Shown: positions 11,741 through 24,390 of the stretch, in pieces
How the letters are laid out: the number at the start of each line of letters is the position of its first letter
Numbering within the stretch: position 1 is the stretch's first letter
NCBI GenBank assembly: GCA_010093995.1
Contig: ML992505.1
Location: forward strand, 288,921-347,266
Source: Elsinoe ampelina
Taxonomy: Eukaryota
Reading direction: 5' to 3'
DNA length: 58,346 nucleotides
Made by a program: the position numbers and the translations under genes
Notes under the pieces: model-generated
Databases searched by the model: none
What the model saw: only the letters and a program-made list of their open reading frames with translations
Told to the model about the DNA's origin: nothing

Positions 11741-14029
11741 CTTGGTAGTTGGTGTTGGCTAAGGTCATCAATTTGAAACAAACGATGCAAGTTACCAGCC
11801 AGCTGGTTGTTGTTTTATGGTTCTTTGGAGAAGCCAGACCCAAGCACATACTTATGTTCCTAATGTGCTGTCCCATGTCTGTTTCTTCTAGGCCTGTGTT
11901 TGTATTGATCCATGCATCCTTGAAACTGTAGTCTAGGGTGATACGTTCCACCGGCTGACCAGTGCGGTCCTTGTTCGTGCCTTGACCGTGGTCTGTGGAC
12001 GCCACTTGACCGGTTGGCGGAGGACGATATGGCCATGTCTCTGCACCATGCTTTGTCCCTCTAGTGAGTGCAGGCAGATATTCGGGAATCGAGCGCCCGT
12101 TGAACGGGTCGTGTGTCCGCGGCTGGTGTTTGTCATATTTAGCGTCAAACATAGCTTCTCCATTACAAGTTGGCACGGTCCGGTGCCTCAGGGGTAAGCA
12201 AGGGCCGCACATTTTGAGGGTCCTGCATCTTGATAGCGAGTCGAACAAGATCCAGACCAGCGTCAATACTCCATTGAACTTTGAACGCTTCTGGCAAGAG
12301 ATATCAATGATGCAGGCAGTACTGTGGAGCACCTGCACCAGAGCGATAGTACCACGTTTGTGGATACTTGTGGAAAAGCAGGGCAAGCTGGACGTCAAAC
12401 GGCTGCTCGGGCCCAGACCTGATGAATGTAGAGGCGCCAGAATGAGACGCAGATCGAGGTCGCCGCACATGGGCAGACAGACATGTGCAAGCACGCCCAG
12501 AGTCAGAGTGCAGCAAATGTTGACCAGGATTGTTGTGGAATGCTCTTTGAGGGTCGCCCAAACGGTTCCAACGCCCGCAACAAGGAGCCTTCAAGGAGCG
12601 CTTGGCCTCCGCCGTGCATGTTACGGGGTCGCCCCTGGTGGCCTGTGCTGCTGTCAGCATGCTCGAGCACCAGCTCCAAAGCAGCGTCTCGATGGACGGA
12701 GACTCCCAGCACGACAGGAAGGGGTCGCATGTGCAGGTCGATTGCGAAGTCAGACTACACAGGAGCGGCTGATATGTTCCATCCTGAATTGTAGTCAACC
12801 ATGGCTATGAGTGCTTTGCCAGAAATCAGAATTCGAGGGACCATCTCGGCCTTGACCTTGATGGTGTTGTTCTCTTATCTCGAACTCTACTGCATCCTTG
12901 CCCAGTGTTGTCATTGTTAGTGCAGCACATCGGACCTCACAGCTTTGAGATAGGGTTTTGGAGATCAACACTACCAGAGTCGCAGCGCCGACAACTGGAT
13001 CTTCACCTCGGTGGGCCATGCAAGTCGAACATGGACAGAGCAATTGATGGAAAAGTCTGTAGTGAGCTCGGGGATTTGCCCACAGTTTCCGCGTCAACGT
13101 TTTGCCGAAAGTCTGCGACTCTCTCCTCCACTATTGCAAAACTCCATCATTCCCTCCCATACTCCTACACGACTCGCCGGCATTTACTTCATCAGCACTA
13201 TAGCGCAGGGACGATCATTACCAACTGGTCGGATCCTCGCCAAGGAAGCTTAGCCGCACGTCAATTGCTTGACCACCTTTGACATCAACGTGAACTTTGG
13301 ATCGACATGGCACCACTCGGGATCTTTGGCGATCGGACTCTGCTGTCAGTACCTTCCAGGGAAAGGTGACGATGTTTCCTTCCGCAAGATCATACAGTCA
13401 GGCTATCACTGTTCATAACCTTCGCTGCATGTCTCGACATCTATCGTCTCCATGATCAGAGTAGAGGACACAAGAACAACCTGCTCATCAACCCGACTGT
13501 TCAGTTGAGGCTCTGGTAACTTCAAATTTTACATCAACGCTTGCGTATACCGACGTCATGTGCCTGATCGCATATGCAAGATGTTGATCAAATCAACTTT
13601 GAGCCACAAAGTCACCGCGTTATCCTTCCCTCGTTCACGAAGCAATCCAGGTTCAAAGCAATGTACTGCCGGACTGCCGAACGAGCACAGAAGAGTATCA
13701 CAAGACCTTGCCGGGATGCTCCTTGCTAACTCGAGGGCGTGCAGTCTGTCGACTCTGATAGGTCCCAAGCCGTGCCAGTCACACATTTGAGCGGGGAGCG
13801 TCTTGCTCGTTCTAGCACTAATGATCAGCATTGCAAGGTCACGCTGATCGAAATAGACGCCTCGTCATGATCTGAGATGATGAGAATAGAGTAGCAACGA
13901 TGAGAAGACTCTTGACATGCTACCAGACGCCCCCTTCCGCAACTCTTGGTGAGCAGTGTAGGTGTATAAGAAAGCCACGAATCTCTGCTTTCTGCTCTGT
14001 ATCTCTTCATACAGTCTGCCCTCTTCATC

Positions 14030-15530
14030 ATGTCACACATATCCTTCAAAGCTCTTTGCGTGGCTTCACTCCTTGTTCTCGCGGACTGTGCTCCAGCACG
14101 TCGCACACCTTCCCGCGGGACTGTTCGCAGACAAGCCGATCAGGGATCCGATGCACCAGCGGGACCTCCTGGCGCCTCTGGTCAACTTCGTGGACCTGTT
14201 AGCCTCGGCGTTTACAGCTCTTCCAACCCAGTATCTAGCTCTGACACCGCCATACCATCCGACCAATATGAGCTTGCCCCAGGGCAGCAGGCTGACGAAG
14301 ACCTTGGCTTCTACCTCGATCTATCGAACATCGATGATCCGCAACCGATCTGCGGTATTCCTGGTAATACTCCGACAGATTCCGGTCCACGCAATCGACC
14401 TCTCGACAGGGAAAGCAGCGACTTCTTCGCACCTCCAAGGACCGATGCCGGATCAGTGCCCAATGCAAAATGGCCTCTAGGGATATCCCACAATCGCCAC
14501 GGACTGAATGGCGCTGGCTGAGCTCGTCAAGAGAACGTTGACGTCCTACTAGTGCCCACCGCTCTCGCTGGAGTGAACATGCGTCTGGAAGCGAACTCAT
14601 ACCAGGAACTTCACCGGCAGCAAGCTTCCGAGTGGGCGTATATCCTCAACAGTACTGTCCGCTTGACTTCCGTCAATGGACTCGGTCAAACCTTCACCGA
14701 CGACCTCCAAGCCGGTGATGTCTGGTTCTTCCCTGCAGGCATACCTCACTCAGTTCAGGCATTCGCTGAAGGCGTTACATTCCTTCTGGTCTTCGACAAC
14801 GGCGCTTTCTCTGAGGACGAAACCTTCCTGCTCATGATGCGTAATCCTCGCTCCGTTCTAGCCAAAGATATCCGCGTCAACATCTCCGCTTCTGACCAGA
14901 TCCCCGAAGATGAACTATACATCTTCCGCGGCACCCCACCGCCGTCCAACATCACCGAGCAAAATGTTACTGGTCCTGCCGGCGCCATCCCCTAAAGTGG
15001 TACATACAGCTACCGCCTCTCCTCTCCACAGCCACACGAGGTTCCCAGTGGTAGTGTGAAGGTCCTCGACACCGTCTCTTTCCTAATCGCGAAGAATTTC
15101 GGCCGCTGCACTGTTCACGATCAAATCAGGTGCCATGAGAGAGCTTCACTGGCATTTTCCAAACAGCGACTCTGGCGACGAATGGAACTTCTTCATCCAA
15201 GGCCAAGCTAGGGCGACTGTCTTCTCGGCCCCCAGCTCCAGTCGAACATTCGACTTCCAGGCTGGAGACGTGGGATACGTGCCGACGCCAGATGCCCATT
15301 ACCTTGAGAATACCGGGATTGTGGATCTTGTATATCTCGAGATTTTACAGGCGCCTGTCTTCAACGACGTCAGCGTTGCTCAATGGCTTGGACTTACTCC
15401 CAAGCAGACGGTGAAGGATCATTTGGGCTTCAGTGAGGAGACCCTGAACAGGCTGCCGATGGTGAAGCCTTATATCTTGCCTGGGAGCACGGATAAGACA
15501 GAGACGGATTTCAGGCAGGAGAATCTCTGA
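14030..15530 (+). pseudogene. oxdC: Secreted oxalate decarboxylase (bicupin) pseudogene
   Basis: Signal peptide, then bicupin motifs VNMRLE..EL, GDVWFFPAGIPHSVQ, FSEDETF, GAMRELHWH..DEWNFF and AGDVGYVP..HYLEN. In-frame stops at 14519-14521 and 14993-14995, a frameshift near 15101, and the first Mn motif ELHWH changed to ELHRQ. Confidence 0.9.
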
Positions 15531-15731
15531 AGTAGCAGCAACTGCAGAGTGTCGGCTTTCCCCGAGTCGACTAAGACCAGCAGATTGGCTCATTGTTGTA
15601 TGTATAGCATTGAAGGAGCTGATACAAATCAACATGGAAGCCAGCAAACATAAGCAAATGTATGTGAGCGCGCATGGCGAATGCGCTATGACTTTTGAGG
15701 ATCGCTACAACCATACCCAGGAATGAGTACA

Positions 15732-16732
15732 CTACAATTTCGCGAAAGTGACCTTCTTCTTCTTCAGGCCTGCCAATATCGCATCCTTCATATCTGCCGT
15801 CTGTGTATATGCCGCATTCCAAACCGCCGTATAGTTCAAGCCTATCAAGATTAGCACTTCGCCCATATTCACATGATCCACAAGACTCACCATCAGCAAC
15901 CCCATGTTCCTTGCTATAATTCAACAACTCCTTCGTCCCCACCACCGCCACAGGACTCTTCGTCGCCAACAACTTCGCCTTCTCCAACCCCGCCTTCACC
16001 ACGCCTTCCTTCCCCTCATAAACCCCACTCACAAACCCCACCTTCAGCGCCTCCTCACTATGAAACTCCCTCGCAGTCAAACAAACATCCTTGACCCAAC
16101 TCATCGGAACATTAGCATGCGGCAACCTCGTCAACGTCCCAATATCCGCCGCAAGCCCAATATCAACCTCCTTGACACTGAACCTCGCATCACTACTCGC
16201 CAGTCTAATATCACACGCAAGCGAGATATCAATCGCCAGTCCAAAGCAGATGCCATGCAGCGCCACGATGACGGGTTTCTCGCACTGCTCGATGGCCGTG
16301 ATGCACGATTGGAAATCGAAAATGTGGCGCCGCATGTAGTTTGCTTGGCGGGCGCCGTCGGTTTCTCGCGAGGCGAGTGTGCCGGCTGCTGCGGCTTCGA
16401 CGTCGAGGCCGGAGCAGAAGGCGCGGGGGCCGGCGGCGGTGAGGAGGATGGCGCGGACGGAGGGGTCGTGGGAGAGGGTTTGGAAGATGGTGCGGAGGGT
16501 GAGCCATTGGCTGGGTGTGTTAGGGGGTTTCTGGAATGAAGTGGGGATGGCAAGGGGGAGAGGGAGAGGAAAGGCGACGAGGTCGGTGGCGAGGTCTTAG
16601 TCTGGTATCGGGGAGGAGTACATACACTTCTTTGAAGGCGTTGAGTTTCTCGGGTCGGTTGATTTCTACTACTGCCACATATTCGTGTGGGAAGGTGATG
16701 TTGAAGAACTCGTGCTTGTACGGGTCCGCCAT
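15732..16732 (-). CDS. ECH1: Delta(3,5)-delta(2,4)-dienoyl-CoA isomerase (crotonase superfamily), peroxisomal
   Basis: Exons 16732-16626, 16510-15891 and 15841-15732. Motifs NRPEKLNA, RAFCSGLD, KPVIVALHGICFGLAID and SVKEVDIGLAADIGTLTRLP; C-terminal AKL (PTS1). Confidence 0.9.
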
Positions 16733-17079
16733 GTTGTTGTGCTTATGCCCTGACTGTGACCTTGTGGTGATGCTATACTTTCTTCGGGCTGATATAGTAG
16801 ACCGTGTGTACGTTCGGGTATCTTCTCAATACGACCGTAAAGTTGTTATCAATTTTGATCTACAAAAATGAAGACACAAGCTGAGTTGATATTCTCCTTG
16901 AGCATTCAGTACAAGTCAACATACCGAGGCTCGCATGTGATGACTATTCCAGGACAGCCGAAGCCGCCTTGCCAAATTAGGCAATTTTCTACCCCAGCTT
17001 GTCGTTAATCATGACATCTTTTTTGAGCTCCGTAAACCTAAATTGCCACAGATCGTACCTGTGTTTCTGACATTTTGCG

Positions 17080-18520
17080 ATGCTACCTCCTTCCGTAAGA
17101 AACAATATGGAGCGGCTGCGGCGTTGTAGTACTTTTTGCAGAAATGCACAGACGACGAAGGTCACAGCTGGTCTGCAAACATATCGTCCTTTCCCACGCT
17201 TGACAGTATACACTCGGCCGCGCCAACTTTCGACGGCATCAATACCTCCTAGAGCATCTCCTCGGCCGACGACTACAGCACTGGCAGAGTCAAGATTGAA
17301 ATCCTACAATCATGCCGTACGACACAAGCACAGTGTCCCCTTCACTAATTCGATTGTACTCAACGCCAAAATTCTTTTCATTCATTACCCGTATGCTGTG
17401 TCACTTGCTGCATTCTTCATAATAGCAGGAGTTGGTGCCTTGGGGTATGTCAACTACTATTACGTCAAGTATGTGGCAAACTCATTCCACAACTTTCCCG
17501 AATCAGTCGGTACGAGAACCATCCGATAATACCATCGCCACACCTAACATGATTACAGCAAAGCAACTCCGTCGGGCCCTCTACCACACTAATATCGATC
17601 TTCAACCACAAAAGGCCTTCCTTTACTACCAGAAAGCCATCAATGCTGCCCAAGAAGAAGGCATGGACCCCTACAGCGACGAGGTGATCGGCATCAAACT
17701 CCAACTCGCCGACCTCATGGAGAAATCCTCCAACATCCCCCGAGCCATCCGCGTCCTCGAGATCATCCGCGCCGACCTCCTCGCCCGCTCCGAACAAGCC
17801 CTCACCCTCCCCGACATCTCCCCAGAACAACAACAACGACGCCGCACCCGCCTCCTCTCCAAAACCGTAGCCATCGCCCTCAAACTCTCCGAGTACTACT
17901 CAAACCCATACATCCACTCGGACGCGCAAGCCCTCGAGTCAGCCCTCTGGGCCGTCAACACCGTCCTCCGCGAACTCGACGCCCGCCGCGCCGCCCGCGC
18001 GACCGACGAATCCCACGGCCCTTTCCTCTCCCCCGACGAATTCGGCGCCACCCTGGAGTCGCTCGCTCACCAGTACGAGCAGGGGAACAACCACTTCCTC
18101 GCCGCGCCTCTGTTCCTCCAGGCCCTCGCCTCGAAAAGCAAGACGGACTGCCACTCCGTCGTGCTGATGAACAATCTCTCTATTTCTCTCGCACAGCAGT
18201 CGCCGCCTGCGGAGCCGGGCGTTGCTCCGCCGAGTAGGGAGGCGCTGGTGCAGTCGGCGAAGGAGTGGGCGGAGAAAGCCATCAGAATGGCGGGGAAGAT
18301 CGAAGGGGAAGAGAGGAATGAGGAATGCGATGTCGGTTGTGCGGTGGCGTTGCATAATCTGGGGGAGTTTGCGGAGATGTTGGGGCAGAAGGGGGAGGCG
18401 GCGGGGAGGTACAGGGAGGCGTTGGCCGTGGCGAAGGGGGCGGGGTTTGTGGATGGGATGAAGATGGCGAGGGAGGGGTTGAGGAGGTTGGGGGAGGGGG
18501 AGGCGTTGAAGAATTCTTGA
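17080..18520 (+). CDS. Mitochondrial inner-membrane TPR-like protein (Mgr3-like)
   Basis: Arg-rich presequence-like N-terminus and one TM segment. Intron 17510-17558 joins FHNFPESV to AKQLRRALY. Helical repeats include CHSVVLMNNL and ECDVGCAVALHNLGEFAEM. Confidence 0.8.
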
Positions 18521-18733
18521 GGGGACCAGGCAGATGGGGTTGGGGAGGGCAGAGGAAATGTACAGTCATGAATACGTTTGTCTAGTCGTGATATCCACAG
18601 GCAATGAGAGCCGTCCGAGCGCCGCGCTTGGTCATGTAGCAATAGCAATACACATAATCCCCAATCCTGACTCCTGTCCCTGTGCCGAGTGTATGTCGTG
18701 TAGTCCAGCTCTTGATCATGCATGTACACCCTC

Positions 18734-19504
18734 TCACACCGCTCTGCCCCCCTCCCTCCCGTCCCTCCCTGTGCTCCCCGCACTCCTACTACTCCCACTC
18801 CTCCCCACACTCTCCGCCGGCGGACCAATCTCCACCACCTCCCCATCGTAGTCCGGCGGCTTCCCTAGTCTCACCGGCTCCAGCTCCCTCAGCCCCGTCC
18901 CTTCCTCACTAGCCACATAAGGCGGGGGCGCCTCTCCCCTCTCGTCCAGCCCTTCTTCCCTCCTCCCAGGCATCCACCGCCTGCGTCCGCCGCTTCCTCC
19001 CATCCCCCAGATATTCCTCGAGAACCAATCCCCCGCACCTGCATTGGCACTCAGATCCCGCTCCAACGCATCCCGCCGCCCTGCTCTTATCGCTTCCGTC
19101 CGCACTTTACGGCGGCGGTAGTAGAGCCATGCCACTAGGGCAGCGGCTAGGACCAGCAGGAGGAGGAAGACGAAGTAGAGATTGACGAGGTTGTCGCGCT
19201 TTTGTTCTTCTGGAGAAGTCGTTGGGGGGCGGCCGTAGGAGCCGGATGTGGGAGGGAGGCCGGGGATGGTGGGGTCTGACGTGGTGGTCTGGAGTGGGAA
19301 GGAGAGGGTGGGGAGGTTGGAGGGGTGGGTGTAGGAGGGGTTTGGGGGGAGGGGGGTCCAGGGTTGAGAGGTGGTGGAGGTGGTCGTTCGGGAACGGGTG
19401 GTGGGGGATGCTTGTTGGGCGAGGGTGGTGAGGGTGTGGAGAGTGAGGATGAGCAGGGTTTGCGGAAGGGAGAAGATGTGGTTGAGTTGATTGCGTGGTG
19501 ACAT
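18734..19504 (-). CDS. Single-pass membrane protein with signal peptide, S/T-rich ectodomain and cytosolic PY motifs
   Basis: Hydrophobic N-terminus, TM segment LYFVFLLLLVLAAALVAWLYY followed by RRRK, then EEGLDERGEAPPPY and KPPDY (WW-domain ligand motifs). Confidence 0.8.
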   Translation of the reverse strand: MSPRNQLNHIFSLPQTLLILTLHTLTTLAQQASPTTRSRTTTSTTSQPWTPLPPNPSYTHPSNLPTLSFPLQTTTSDPTIPGLPPTSGSYGRPPTTSPEEQKRDNLVNLYFVFLLLLVLAAALVAWLYYRRRKVRTEAIRAGRRDALERDLSANAGAGDWFSRNIWGMGGSGGRRRWMPGRREEGLDERGEAPPPYVASEEGTGLRELEPVRLGKPPDYDGEVVEIGPPAESVGRSGSSRSAGSTGRDGREGGRAV

Positions 19505-20056
19505 GGTTGTGAGAAGGTCGAGGGCGAGGTGACGGGGGGAGTTGCGATATCAAGGGCCGGCTCAGCGCGGGAGGCTCATGGTGGGTGACAGGTCTGTGTG
19601 CCTGGTATCCTTGCTCTTCACTGCAGGGTGGTTTTGTCGGTGGATTGAGATCAATGTCGACGACTGAAAGACGTATTCGGCGGCTGACTGGAAGGTACTG
19701 CAACTCCAAGCCTGCTCGTTGTGCTGACGCGAGTCCCCGAACCTAAGCTTTTTGATGGAGGAGTGCAGGTGAGGATGCTGCCAAGGAGTTCCCGCCAGTT
19801 TGGTCGCCTTGCTGACCCAACTTGGAACACGCCCCACGTATTGAGACTTCTATACCCGGATTGCTGACGGTCCGAAATAAGTCGACATATATTTGACAAT
19901 ACACACCTTGGAGTCTTGGACCCTCAGCACTGCACGTGGCAGTCTCGATAGACGTTACCTCGAGTCAGATGTGAAACACAATATCGACTCTTGACAAACG
20001 GCTTCACACCTGCACAAGTCGCAGCTCGGAAGTAAAAGCAGAGGATAGTCGGAAGC

Positions 20057-20376
20057 ATGCCTCGAGCGACGCCAGGTACGAGCTATAAAGAACAGCATCA
20101 CTACTCGTGCTGATACCAATCTAGGTGTTCTAGTTCAATGCGATGCTTCTATCAAAGCTATCATAGTCAAGATTGACTCTGAGAACAACAACGATTTCAT
20201 CGTCGAGGATATTGATGACGAGACTGTCCTCATCAAGAGTGGCAAACACGAGGAGCTCAAACAGAGGCTGAAAGCTGTATGGTTCACTGTTGACTTCGTC
20301 CTTGAAATACATGTTGACAGACTATCAGACACTCCAAGACACCGTCCGTGAGGCAGAGGACTCCGAATCAGAGTGA
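20057..20376 (+). CDS. TFB5: TFIIH subunit Tfb5/TTDA
   Basis: Not in the ORF track. Exons 20057-20075, 20125-20276 and 20329-20376 give MPRATPGVLVQCDASIKAIIVKIDSENNNDFIVEDIDDETVLIKSGKHEELKQRLKATLQDTVREAEDSESE. Confidence 0.92.
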
Positions 20377-20451
20377 TATGAAGGCTATCACGGATTCATT
20401 CATGGGTCCGCTATGCCAGACGGACTCGCTCACTGCTTCGACTTTCATCCT

Positions 20452-20910
20452 CTATGGCATTGCAGCCTTCTCATCAGAGCCGTCGACTTGAGAGATCCAC
20501 GGCATTCTGCTTGGAGCAAATAGCTCGACACCCGGCTTGCCATTGGTCAAGTGGTCGACATCGTCCAGCACTCCAGCCTTGATGATTACTCCAGTCGGAT
20601 TCCAGTCCCCGAGCCGGTACAAAGTCGTGCCACAGTCACCGCAGAAGTAGCTGGTGATCTCCTTGCCACTGTCTGCCTTCTTGGCAATTGTCTTTGGCTT
20701 GCCTTTGGTGGTCTTGAAGGAGTCCTTTGGGACGAGGATGTTGGTGGAGAATACGGAGCCCGATATCTTATGACAGTCTCGGCAATGGCATAAAACATAG
20801 TAACGTTAGAGTTCAATCATGAGGTTTTGTCTGGGAGCATATACTTTCCCCTGCGGCTCGCCAGTGAACTCGATTTGGATTGCTCCACAGAAGCAGCTTC
20901 CCGTGGACAT
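20452..20910 (-). CDS. GFA/Mss4-like (glutathione-dependent formaldehyde-activating family) Zn protein; splice acceptor appears mutated
   Basis: Exon 1 (20910-20845) MSTGSCFCGAIQIEFTGEPQGK and exon 2 (20796-20452) VLCHCRDCHKISGS..YFCGDCGTTLY..IIKAGVLDD..ELF..RMPW match the GFA Cys pattern. Intron 20844-20797 ends TAT instead of TAG. Confidence 0.85.
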
Positions 20911-21339
20911 TTTGGGGTTTGGGATTCGGATTTTGTTTTGATGGAATAAATTGATTTGTCGCGTTGAAGAAGGATTGAGCAGTTCTTAAGACTACTGCAA
21001 AACCAATTCCAAATTACTTGCTCGACCTTATCGACATCATCGCCGTGCGGCGATCAAAGTGAATCCACACCAAAAGTGCGGGGCATACGCTGCTGCCCGA
21101 GAGGGCCTTTCATCCGTGGCCTGCCATGACTTGAAATTTATGCATCTCATGCCTTTGCTGACTCGTCGGGCTTGGCGCGCACCGCGAAGCTCGGATTTTG
21201 GGGATCACACACGCCCGGCGAAAATTGAAGATATCATTCTCCACGCCATTGAGTTGCCGCAGACACCACACAACACTCTCCGACCGCCCAATTCGAGCTC
21301 AGATCTCTCACTCGGTCAACACATCTGCGACATCTCATC

Positions 21340-22610
21340 ATGGCTGAACAACTCGTGCTCAGGGGCACCCTCGAGGGCCACAGCGGCTGGGTCACCAGCT
21401 TGGCTACCTCTCTCGAGAAGTAAGAGAAAATGGCATGGAAGAGGTTGGGTAATACTGACAGCACAAAAGCCCCAACATGCTCCTTTCCGGCTCTCGCGAC
21501 AAGTCCCTCATCATTTGGAACTTGACCCGCGACGACACCTCATACGGCTACCCAAAGAGGAGTCTGCACGGTCACTCGCACATTGTCTCTGACTGCGTAT
21601 GTTGAAGATGCTGGGAACTCACATATGGGTCGGGTCTGATTTTGTATCAAGGTTATCTCCTCGGACGGTGCTTACGCTCTTTCCGCCTCCTGGGACAAGA
21701 CCCTCCGTCTGTGGGAGCTCTCCACTGGTGTCACCACCCGCCGCTTCGTCGGTCACACCAACGATGTCCTCTCCGTCTCCTTCTCCGCCGACAACAGGCA
21801 GATCGTCTCCGGCTCCCGCGACCGCACAATCAAGCTCTGGAACACTCTCGGAGACTGCAAGTACACCATCACCGACAAGGGACACACCGAGTGGGTCTCG
21901 TGCGTGCGCTTCTCGCCAAACCCCCAGAACCCCGTTATCGTCAGTGCTGGCTGGGACAAGATGGTCAAGGTACGTCAAGAACTTTTCCCGCTATGTGGCG
22001 ATTGGACGATGGCTATAAAAGGATGCTATGCAATTTTTAAAAGTATTTGCTACTTCAGAGCTTCACGCTATGAGACAAACAATCACCAACGCACTGATTA
22101 CACAACAAAGCCTGGTTCGATCCGGCGCGATCAGCGCTATCATATGCGCTTGATAGATTTGAGTTTGACTAACTCGATGAACAGGTTTGGGAACTCGCGA
22201 CTTGCCGCATCCAGACCGACCACATCGGCCACACTGGCTACATCAACACTGTCACCATCTCCCCTGATGGATCTCTCTGCGCTTCCGGTGGCAAGGACGG
22301 AACCACCATGCTCTGGGACCTGAACGAGTCCAAGCACCTCTACTCTCTTGCCGCCGGTGACGAGATCCACGCCCTTGTCTTCTCCCCCAACAGGTACTGG
22401 CTCTGCGCCGCCACTTCTTCCAGCATCATCATCTTCGATCTCGAGAAGAAGTCAAAGGTCGACGAGCTCAAGCCCGAGTACGTCGAGGTCGGCAAGAAAA
22501 GCCGCGAGCCAGAGTGTGTTTCCCTCGCCTGGTCCGCTGATGGCCAGACTCTGTTCGCTGGCTACACGGATAACAAGATCCGCGCCTGGGGTGTCATGTC
22601 GAGAGCGTAG
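21340..22610 (+). CDS. CPC2: RACK1 / G-beta-like WD40 ribosomal protein (Cpc2/Asc1)
   Basis: Exons 21340-21419, 21470-21596, 21652-21969 and 22185-22610. Reads [66 protein letters not shown]. Confidence 0.97.
22020..22099 (+). ncRNA. snR24: Box C/D snoRNA U24 (snR24) in RACK1 intron 3
   Basis: The 215-nt intron (21970-22184) holds guide TATTTGCTACTT plus D' CAGA (22044-22059), C'-like ATGAGA (22070-22075), and ATCACCAA plus box D CTGA (22094-22097). This is the layout of yeast U24, which lies in the ASC1 intron. Box C is degenerate (AGGATGC?), so the 5' end is approximate. Confidence 0.85.
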
Positions 22611-23132
22611 AATGTATGAGTGGATGCAAGGGGAATAGATAGGAGATGCTACCGAGGAGATGAATGTGCAAGAGGGCTTCAGGGATGGCATGGCAGTTCC
22701 TCAAAAAGGGGTCACGGCGCATAGCGAAGGCTCACAGTAGCCCGCTCTTTCTTGAGTGGTTGTCTTCGTACGTTTGACAATGACAGAAATCTTTCCAAAC
22801 ACTTCGCTCTTGAGTCGCGCGATGTGAAGGACTTGTGAAATAGGCCCATCAAGCACACAATGCATGCTTCCTGAAGTCCACCTGGAGGTCATCCGCAACT
22901 ACCAGCGCGTTTGTTGGCCTCAGATGGCATCTCCATGTCGAATGTGCAGTGTTGCTACGTATTCACGCACTGTTGTAGCTCATCGTGACTGCCGTAGCAT
23001 AAAAATGCCCTTTCAGTCTTCACGTTGACGTCACAACTTTCCGCATCCCCCACCACGAACGCGCCGCACTTAGCTTTCTGGCATCTGAACTCAGTCTGCG
23101 GACAGTTCCCCTAATCGAGCAGTAGGAACATC

Positions 23133-24390
23133 ATGTGCGGCCGTTACGTGCTGCATATGGTAAGGTCACTGCCTGCAAAATGAGGACACAACTAACATCC
23201 TTCAGCGGCCATCAGAGGTCAGATATCGACTTCAACAAGACAACATGCCAGCGGACGAATGGCCTGACGACGACGACACTACGATCAGGCAGAGCTACAA
23301 CTTTGCGCCAGGCTATCACGGACTGGTCTATCGCGCAGATGTGCCTGACTCTGGAGCAAAGAAGCAGAAGGATGTGGGTGAGGCCGGCGGAGAAAAGGAC
23401 TCTGGTGAAGCACAAGAGAGAGAGACGGATGGACTCGCGACCAAGGAGACCAAATATAAGCTTCAAGGCATGAAATGGGGACTCATCCCATTCTGGACCA
23501 AGAGATCACCGGATTACGGCAGCATGATGCGAACGATCAACTGTAGGGATGACTCTCTGGCGACATCAGGAGGCATGTGGAACACCATGAAGCAGAAGAA
23601 GAGGTGCATAGTCGTATGCGAGGGATTCTTCGAGTGGCAGAAGAAGAACAACGGCAAGGAGAAGATACCGCATTTCATCAAGAGGAAGGATGGACAGCTC
23701 ATGTGTTTTGCCGGCCTGTGGGATTGCGTCAAGTATGAAGACGCCGAGGACAAACTTTACACTTACACCATCATCACCACCGACTCGAACAAGCAGCTCG
23801 GATGGTTGCATGATAGGATGCCAGTCATCTTCGACGCCGGCTCAGAAGCAATTCGGACATGGCTAGACCCTGGACGAGCAGAATGGTCGAAAGAACTACA
23901 GACCCTGCTGAAACCCTTTGAAGGAGAATTGGAGCTCTATCCAGTGGATCGGTCAGTGGGTAAGGTTGGGAACAACAGCCCGAGCTTTGTAGTGCCCATT
24001 GACAGCAAGGAAAATAAGAAGAACATCGCCAACTTCTTTGGCAATCAGGCGGCCAAGAAGGAGGAGGCCTCGCAGAAGGTGAAGCAGGAGGAAGAAGACG
24101 AAGACCCGGAGTCGAACGCCCCGCTACCCAAGCCGGAGGATGACGCAGAGATCAAACAGGAGAAGAGTCTAAAAAGAGAAGCACCCGAGGGGTCAGAGAC
24201 GACTGACTCGACACCAAACAAAGCACACAAGAGTGAGAAGGGAGATGATGCATCCAGCAAAGCAAAAAGTCCAGCGTCACAACCTACCTCGGGACGAAAG
24301 ACGAGAAGTTCGACGAGCAACAACACGACGGCCAAGAGTCCGTCAAAGGGCGTTGGCAGCAAGAAGATTACTAGCTTCTTCGGAAAGTGA
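23133..24390 (+). CDS. SRAP-domain abasic-site processing protein (HMCES/YedK/DUF159)
   Basis: Exon 1 (23133-23159) MCGRYVLHM supplies the catalytic Cys2; intron 23160-23205. Motifs SYNFAPG, MKWGLIPFW, INCR, RCIVVCEGFFEW, FAGLWD and WLHDRMPVI; C-terminal KITSFF (PIP-box-like). Confidence 0.93.

Noticed and set aside
11685..12810. Overlapping long ORFs 11685-12494 (-) and 12064-12810 (+)
   Set aside because: Neither begins at an ATG, no motifs or clear codon bias, and the first overlaps exon 1 of copy C in another frame.
14519..14995. RIP as the cause of oxdC inactivation
   Set aside because: The region is not TpA-enriched, and the lesions include a frameshift and a deletion, which fits ordinary decay better.
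22110..22130. GGTTCGATCC T-loop-like motif in the RACK1 intron
   Set aside because: No acceptor stem, D-arm or anticodon arm can be folded around it.
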